This document shows positions 57,648 to 64,000 of a stretch of 64,000 bases of DNA, one piece after another (positions within the stretch are counted from its first letter, which is position 1; each line of letters starts with the position of its first letter). A model generated the notes under the pieces. It searched no databases. It was not told the origin of the DNA and was given only the letters and a program-made list of their open reading frames with translations. The DNA is from Cyanophora paradoxa CCMP329 (lineage: Eukaryota > Plantae > Glaucophyta): NCBI GenBank assembly GCA_004431415.1, contig QPMI01000437.1, positions 1-64,000 on the forward strand, in the 5' to 3' direction. A program made the translations under genes and the position numbers.

Positions 57648-59021
57648 TTACAGATTAATTCGTCGGAGCCCATCTTTGTCAACAATAATGAAACTGTGCA
57701 TGAGAGCACGAACATTAACTGTGATTGTCTGGTCAGAAGGCATGTATAGAGTGAGGAAAGAGGAGGAGGAGTTCGTGAGATCAACATAGCCAGACTGGGC
57801 AATGTTGCGAATCGCTTTCTCTCCATCAACACAGAATGGTAGACCACTGAGGACATATTTGTCTGCAACCTTGTCCATATTTGAGCACTTGAAGGCATCC
57901 GCAATTAATTCGGCACCTTTGAGGAGAGGGATGGGCTCAGTAGCATAGAGACGTTGACCATTAATTTCAACAGTGAAAGTAATGTCTTTTGAGTTAGCAT
58001 GCGTTTTTAGGACACTGTGGGAACCATTGAAACCATCAATACCTGCGGCATCACGAACTGAAACAAGAAGACCATAGACAAGACCAGAGATCTGTGACAG
58101 GTTAATACGATTTGGTTGAGCATTGCCTTTTGCAGCAAAATTGACACTGTCTACGAAACCAATATCCAGAGCAGGAATAGCCATACCAGTGGTCTTCACC
58201 TTCTCAATGACAGTAGCAAACAGTTCATCAGAAACATTAATAGCATGCATGTAAAGACGAGGAGAAGTGACTTTAATTTCGGGGGTTGTTGTTGCACCAA
58301 TTCCAAAAGTGGTGATCTGTTGACCAACATGGGCAAGAGTAGCATTAGCAGTAGCACCAAGTCCATCATCCTCTGTCTTATCAGCAGCTGTTCCACCAAC
58401 AACTGGAAGAGCACGACCACCATAAGAAGTCTCAACATAACCCTTTCCAGCATCCTTGAACCAGACAGTTACCACCATTTCTCCTGAGAGAGCACCAAGA
58501 GGTAGGTAGTGGTTTAGCCATGGGACTGGGATTTCAGTGAAAAATGACCCACCAAGTCGGTTGGTTCCATGGGCAGGGATACCATGAACCATACCCATTG
58601 AACGCTTCTTCTTGGCGAGTTGATCCTCACTGTAATAGATAAGAGGGAAATGAGCAAGGAAATCAGAAGGCACATGGAAGGTGTAAGATCCATAGGTGAT
58701 TTCAAGTCGAGAGACAAGAGCACCAACTGGGCGAACGTATCCATTGCGAACAAGGTCGGTATCACCAGCAAAAGTGACAGCTGGAAGGTCAAACGCAAGT
58801 TCGAGTTTTCCACAGAAATTGTAGCGAGGGAGCTTGAAACTAATGCGATTTCCAGCATTATTCTCGAAAGTGTTGCTTGGGTTCACAACAACAAGAACTG
58901 GCTTCGACTTGGATTCAAGACCAAGCATGAGAGAGTTGTCCAAGAAGAACGCCTTGGCTTCTTCTGGGGTTGTTAGAGCTTCTTTCAGAGAAAGACGTTG
59001 GAGGGTCGAAGTAATATCCAT
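57648..59021 (-). CDS. Double jelly-roll major capsid protein (PLV/NCLDV-like)
   Basis: 457 aa; GNRISFKLPR..LELAFDLPAV, LVSRLEITYG, EIPVPW..YLPLGAL, GYVDLT; lies between ATPase and penton genes. Confidence 0.85.
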   Translation of the reverse strand: MDITSTLQRLSLKEALTTPEEAKAFFLDNSLMLGLESKSKPVLVVVNPSNTFENNAGNRISFKLPRYNFCGKLELAFDLPAVTFAGDTDLVRNGYVRPVGALVSRLEITYGSYTFHVPSDFLAHFPLIYYSEDQLAKKKRSMGMVHGIPAHGTNRLGGSFFTEIPVPWLNHYLPLGALSGEMVVTVWFKDAGKGYVETSYGGRALPVVGGTAADKTEDDGLGATANATLAHVGQQITTFGIGATTTPEIKVTSPRLYMHAINVSDELFATVIEKVKTTGMAIPALDIGFVDSVNFAAKGNAQPNRINLSQISGLVYGLLVSVRDAAGIDGFNGSHSVLKTHANSKDITFTVEINGQRLYATEPIPLLKGAELIADAFKCSNMDKVADKYVLSGLPFCVDGEKAIRNIAQSGYVDLTNSSSSFLTLYMPSDQTITVNVRALMHSFIIVDKDGLRRINL

Positions 59022-59075
59022 GATTATCTCTTTTATTATACTGCAACATAAAAAATTCACCAATGATCCTTGATT

Positions 59076-60086
59076 TTACGCAAAATTCGCAATAACCGGA
59101 TAAGATGGATGTGTTTCAGCCATTCTCCTCTTGAAGTATTCGTACACAGGATCACCAGCAGGTTCATCACCATATCGAATTTCGAAGGTGAGGTGGACAG
59201 GTTGACCCTCGAAATCAATTGGTTCATTAACTGCATTCACAATATCAACCGAAAATGTGGAGAGTCCCAGATTCTTGTTATAGTATTTATAAATCGGATG
59301 GGCTTCTGTCGAATTATAAACGACATGCTCACCATAATCTTTATCTGGAACAACGATTTTGTGGAAATATCCAGTGAGGAGACCATCACCACATTGCACA
59401 AGATCACCCAGCTCCTTTACTCTCACAAATAGGACACTATCCCTGGTCTTCTCGGGTTCAAATGAAGATATGATACCATGCACCATCGACCCAGTAAAGA
59501 TACCATCAGTCAGAGTATTATAAACTTGTGATTGGATTGGGGTGTTACCATATCTCCCAGGATCAAGACCAAGCAGTCGAGCAGAACTCAAAAACCTCTG
59601 AATCTGCGCCTGGGTTGGGTTTATTGCAGTTGAGAAAGCCAGGTAAAACGGTATGGTGGAATGGAATATTACTCGTTTCAGTGTATCATCCCATTTACAG
59701 CGAATTGCTACTGGTGGCTCTCTCAATGCAAGTTTGGAGTTAATTACATTCACCAGTTGTTGGTGGTTTTGAATGGGTGTGCTGCGACTTATCACAATGT
59801 GTTTCCATGATTCATAATCAGCAGCAGGTCGATCAGTTGGAATACCAGTGCTTCCTGCACCAGAATAATATTCAGACCAATAAAGGTAGATTGCATTATC
59901 AATTGTCACATCTCCTACTTTGGTTTCACCACTCACCATGGGAATGCTGTTATAAAATTCTGCTGAAACCAGTCTTACTGCTCTCACAAATTCATAGGTG
60001 CTGGGGAGGCGAGCAATAAAACTCGAAGTAGGTCCATCTCCCGAAATTGTATTGAAAGAGCTCACTTCGATGTAATCCACAGGCAT
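59076..60086 (-). CDS. Minor capsid (penton) protein 1
   Basis: YIEVSS..FIARLP..VRAVRLVSAEFYNS..LSTFSVDIVN..IDFEGQPVHLTFEI. Confidence 0.8.
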   Translation of the reverse strand: MPVDYIEVSSFNTISGDGPTSSFIARLPSTYEFVRAVRLVSAEFYNSIPMVSGETKVGDVTIDNAIYLYWSEYYSGAGSTGIPTDRPAADYESWKHIVISRSTPIQNHQQLVNVINSKLALREPPVAIRCKWDDTLKRVIFHSTIPFYLAFSTAINPTQAQIQRFLSSARLLGLDPGRYGNTPIQSQVYNTLTDGIFTGSMVHGIISSFEPEKTRDSVLFVRVKELGDLVQCGDGLLTGYFHKIVVPDKDYGEHVVYNSTEAHPIYKYYNKNLGLSTFSVDIVNAVNEPIDFEGQPVHLTFEIRYGDEPAGDPVYEYFKRRMAETHPSYPVIANFA

Positions 60087-60114
60087 CTTCTTTTATCTAT
60101 AAACATATATTAAA

Positions 60115-61047
60115 ATGATTCGGCTGGTCAATATAGATAGCAGAGACCGATCAGATGGACAAATAGAAAACTCCTACAAAGTTTCACTCACAACCCCAGT
60201 GACTAAACCAAGAGAATGTCGAGTTTTGTATGCAGAAATCCCCAACAGCATCTATAACTCCATTGGAACAGATCACCTTCTTGTCAGATTCTACTACCAA
60301 GGCATCTCTGAAACCAAACAGGTATACCTTCTCCCAAGTGGTTATATTAATCAAGGGCATTTCGGGGTCACCAGTCCATATAATTATGGTCTGAATTTCA
60401 CCTTTACTGGAAGCAACAATCTCACATATGCATTCAAGGTCTACTACAACCCTACTTCCTACAAATTGGAGTTTTACAGTAATGTTCAATTCGAGATGGT
60501 AGCATCTACACAGAGATTGGGTAAACTTCTTGGGGTTAGTTCTGTGGAGTGGGTCGCTTCAATTGAGCAAACCTACGATTTCCCAGAGTCTGCAAGGTCT
60601 TTATATGCCCCAGAGAATTTCCTCTATTTTGCAGGAATCCCAATCACCCCAAACCATCCCCAATGGGGAATCACATTCACAGGATATGAATTCGAGGCAT
60701 CTCGCTTAAACTACAAGTTAGAAGCAGCCAAGATGACAGACATGAATGCAGAACAGTATTTATACATGCACATTAAAGAACTCTCCCCATTTGCTACAAA
60801 CCACAATATTGTCCCAAGATCTCAACCACAAAATCAAGGGGCGATTCTCAGATTGCAATTGAGTAAAGATATTGGACAGTATGTTTATCACAGTGGAGAG
60901 CACAGTGAATACATAAAAATTACCGATCGAAACCTTGTGATTAGAGAGTTGACAGTTGAGTTTCGAGATTATTATGGTGATCTTGTTGATATGAATGGAA
61001 TTGACAACTCATTCCAGTTGGAGTTCTTGGCTATTGGTAATGATTAA
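60115..61047 (+). CDS. Minor capsid (penton) protein 2
   Basis: VNIDSRDR..YAEIPNS..YLYMHIKEL..LTVEFRDYYGDLVDMNGIDNSFQLEF. Confidence 0.85.
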   Translation: MIRLVNIDSRDRSDGQIENSYKVSLTTPVTKPRECRVLYAEIPNSIYNSIGTDHLLVRFYYQGISETKQVYLLPSGYINQGHFGVTSPYNYGLNFTFTGSNNLTYAFKVYYNPTSYKLEFYSNVQFEMVASTQRLGKLLGVSSVEWVASIEQTYDFPESARSLYAPENFLYFAGIPITPNHPQWGITFTGYEFEASRLNYKLEAAKMTDMNAEQYLYMHIKELSPFATNHNIVPRSQPQNQGAILRLQLSKDIGQYVYHSGEHSEYIKITDRNLVIRELTVEFRDYYGDLVDMNGIDNSFQLEFLAIGND

Positions 61048-61297
61048 ACCGATCCTGATAGAAGAACTCCCCATCTGTCTCGAAAATATTAAGAAGGGGA
61101 CTCTTAGCATCCTCTGTATACCATCTGCGAATTGTCTTATCCCATTTAGCACCATTCTTTTTCAAGAATCTACAAAGGGTTGTTCTCCTTGTAATTCGCA
61201 ATCCCATCTCTTGAAAGATCTCATAATGATCTTGCATTCTATTCACAATCAAGATGTAAGTTCCATGGAAATTGTGATATTGCTGGTTAATCGGCAT
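61031..61297 (-). CDS. DUF5710-like small protein
   Basis: Start MPINQQ; LKKNGAKWDKTIRRWY motif; AAAATTGA 32 nt upstream. Confidence 0.6.
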   Translation of the reverse strand: MPINQQYHNFHGTYILIVNRMQDHYEIFQEMGLRITRRTTLCRFLKKNGAKWDKTIRRWYTEDAKSPLLNIFETDGEFFYQDRFNHYQ

Positions 61298-61344
61298 GTT
61301 TCCTTTACAGCATGATGGGAAATCGTTTGTCAATTTTTGGCGAA

Positions 61345-62714
61345 ACGAGAGTATCTCATGAGATAGATGAGAGAATAACAGGTGTGTTTTCAGGGTTGGA
61401 GAAATCGGAGAAACATAGAGTATTGCGATTTCCGAGTTAGTTGACACTGAGATATTCAGAATTTCAGATGGTCTTACTGAAAATGGTCAGATAATCGGGT
61501 GTGACACCTATTTAATTGACTGTGACGCCTCTTTAATTGACTGTGACGCCTGTGACGCCTGTGACGCCTACTTTTAAACTTTTTAAAATTTTCAAAAATG
61601 ACAGACTTCTGAAAACAGGTGTCACAGCCGTCACAGGCGTCACACCCAATTAAAAATGGAATCTCTTTCTCTTACTGAGATTTTAGAGAATATATTCTTG
61701 TCTTACTGAAATCCGTCTTGTGACACCTCTGACAACTACAAAAACACTATCCATTAATCCACCTTTTCGAAAATGCGAAGTTGTCTTACTGGAAATGGTC
61801 TGCAATTTCGCTGTGACACCTATTTTAATTGAGTGTGACGCCTGTGACGCCTGTGACACCTACTTTCAAACTTTTTAAAATTTTCAAAAATGACAGACTT
61901 CTGAAAACAGGCGTCACAGCCGTCACAGGCGTCACAGACATTCCACCCCTCTTACTGACTTTCTCAAAAACAAAACTATCTCTTACTGAATATCATTTGA
62001 ATACTACCTGTCACACTTGATCTCAATTATTCTGTTTTATAGAACATATGCAATCTAATCGATTGTTCAATTGGAGACCATGCAACTCTGTGACAAGTTT
62101 TAGGTGCAAAAATGTAAATCCGCAATCCCATCGATTGTTTAATTGGACGTGATGCAGTTCCGATATATTCCAATAGAAAATCCCGCAATATAATCGATTG
62201 TTTAATTGGAGATAATGCAACTCTGTGACAGTTTTTGGGTGCAAAAATGCAAATCAGCAATCTCATCGATTGTTCAATTGGACACAATGCAACTCTGTGA
62301 CACTTTTTGCGTTTTTCGATACAGAATGGGCGGTGGTCTACTTCAATACAAGAGAGATATATCGAGTTTTTGCGAATTTATGCAATTTAATCGCGATTAT
62401 ATCGATCTTTAAGTAGTTTAATGCAAATTAATCGCAGATTTGTATGTAATCGACAAAGAACATAATCAATCGATATAAGATCAATTGATTCAATCGTAAA
62501 TATGCATAAAGTTAAACGCGTTTTTCATTTTTAATACAAAGTTTGCATTAATTTATACAAAGTTTGCATAAAAAGTTAAAGAATTTAATCGATAAATACG
62601 TATTTTAGTATTAATTTTGACACATATGTATAAACTTATTTAAATCCTGAGTGAATCGAGATCGCGAAGCGATCGAGATGAACGAGGGATTTAAATAAGT
62701 TTATACATATGTGT
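61345..62714 (-). repeat. Right terminal inverted repeat (1370 bp)
   Basis: Reverse complement of 34186-35554. Confidence 0.95.
62620..62714 (+). other. Right terminal 95-nt palindrome / hairpin
   Basis: Exact reverse complement of 34186-34280. Confidence 0.92.
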
Positions 62715-62720
62715 AACGAC
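62715..62720 (+). repeat. Right target-site duplication AACGAC
   Basis: Matches 34180-34185. Confidence 0.95.
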
Positions 62721-62798
62721 CCCTTAAGCTTGAGCCCTACAAGAAACCGAAGGCATGCAAGTGCATGGTTCTGTAGGTGCTGAGGGCGTGGGGCGCAG

Positions 62799-63960
62799 GA
62801 CGGGAAGCGGATTGTGTCAAGGGACAAATGCTACAAATTTCTGGCGTGGGACACGGAGCTCGGGGTGGAGCCGCTGCAGCTGCAAGGCTTCCCGGACTTC
62901 GGCTTGGCAGTGGCGTTGTCAGCGGTGCGCGAGAGCAAATGGGGCTAGAGCAGCCAAGAAATCGAAGCTCCCCAAAAGCTGGGGGCACATGGGGACCCGA
63001 ACCACTGATTGGCGCTTGACCCATGGTGCGCAGGATGGAAAGCGGATTTCGATATGCCAGCGGATTTGGAATTCGCAAGATGAGAATGACAAGGATGAGG
63101 ATGAGAATGCCGAGGATGACGAGCCTGTGATGCAGGTGTGCACATGCATGTGGGACACGGACTCCGGGGCGGAGCCGGTACGGTTGCAAGGCCACTTCGA
63201 CCGGTACCAGGACTATAGGGTGCACATGTCGGCGGTGCGTGAGATCGAATGCACGAATGCAGCGAATGCACGGGGGTGCAAACCGCTGATTGGGGTGCGG
63301 GGGCGTTTTGTTCACGTGGTGCGCAGGATGGAAAGCGGGTTGTGTTAAATTGGTGCAATGAGAATAACGATGGCATGATGCAAGTGTGGGACCCGGAGTC
63401 CGGAGTGGAGCTACTGCGGCTGCAAGGCCACACAGACGGGATCACCTCGGTGGCTGTGTCAGCGGTGCGCGAGGGAGGGTGCATGGTTGATTATAAAGTG
63501 GTGCAGCGAGCATGCAGGGGGGCTTACAAATGAAAAAGGAGGCCGCGAAGACGTGATAAAAAAACTTTAAAAAGCAGAGAAAATCTGTCAGCCCTTGGAA
63601 AGTTTGCGATAAGATTCAGAGGCGAACCAGACACGATGATTATATAAGATGAGGCCAGAGCAGCCCAGTTCACGTGCTCAAGCATGCATGGGAGCTTGCG
63701 GATAATAAAGGCAAACACAAGGATGGGATGAAGAGTGGAGAGAATTTGGCAACCCTCGAAAGGGTCACAATGAGAGACGAGTGAGCAAGTACACATGGCA
63801 AAGAGTTCTGACTGGGCATGGCGCATGTGCACAGGACGGGAAGCAGATCGTGTCCGGGGGCTTAGACATGTCGGTGCGGGTGTGGGACGCGGAGTCTGGA
63901 GCCGAGCTGCAACGGATGCAGGGCCATACGGGCTGGGTCAACTCGGTGGCTGTGTCAGCG
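62799..63960 (+). CDS. Host NLR-like gene, continued WD40 exons (runs past the window end)
   Basis: Exons 62799-62924, 63034-63234, 63327-63464 and 63835-63960, each CAG|DGK...SA|GTGCG. Confidence 0.85.
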
Positions 63961-64000
63961 GTGCGCAAGAAAAGGATTATGCATATGAATGGGGCGCCTC

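Larger units (their letters stand above)
34186..62714. mobile_element. Endogenous Polinton-like virus / Maverick-type element, 28,529 bp, full length
   Basis: Sharp drop in GC content, intronless dense ORFs, TIRs, 6-bp TSD, rve integrase, pPolB, A32 ATPase, DJR-MCP and pentons. Confidence 0.97.

Noticed and set aside
57587-57904. N-terminal extensions of ATPase, MCP, core and fibre ORFs in the ORF track
   Set aside because: They arise from non-ATG or upstream starts, often overlapping neighbouring genes; downstream ATGs with AT-rich leaders were used instead
61312-61440. 42-aa ORF in frame with the duplicated AdoMetDC tail
   Set aside because: Lacks the catalytic core and overlaps the promoter of the opposite-strand gene; probably a by-product of TIR expansion
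34186-62714. Bacterial/phage contamination or chimeric assembly
   Set aside because: A perfect 6-bp TSD, TIRs and a host intron that is restored on removal show genuine integration
34186-62714. Classification as a mavirus-type virophage or canonical animal Polinton
   Set aside because: No adenain-like protease recognised; MCP and pentons look PLV/NCLDV-like; needs phylogeny to settle

Overview
Eukaryotic DNA from a GC-rich, intron-dense host, probably a protist or alga (not identifiable from the sequence). It carries a complete, apparently recent AT-rich Polinton-like virus (PLV/Maverick-type) of 28.5 kb at 34186-62714, bounded by a 6-bp target-site duplication (AACGAC) and ~1.37-kb near-identical TIRs. 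The element encodes an rve integrase, a frameshift-split pPolB with a degenerate exonuclease, a PrimPol-D5/SF3 helicase, an A32 ATPase, a DJR major capsid protein, two pentons, a cluster of phage-like fibre genes, a patatin-discoidin lipase, an HNH nuclease and AdoMetDC; I could recognise no maturation protease. Each end is a 95-nt palindrome whose 3'-terminal strand can fold into a self-priming hairpin with three tandem G.A mismatches and a GCGAAGC loop. An iteron palindrome occurs five times, and giant-virus-type early promoters (AAAATTGA) precede non-structural genes. The virus sits in an intron of a host NLR-like gene (MGC acylation motif, TIR-TIR-SAM-SAM-NACHT-pentapeptide-WD40) whose WD40 repeats are encoded one per phase-0 exon. 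The left 25 kb holds host genes (CCCH zinc finger, CBM48-SPRY and others) and a small intronless YqaJ cassette. Host gene boundaries are approximate.
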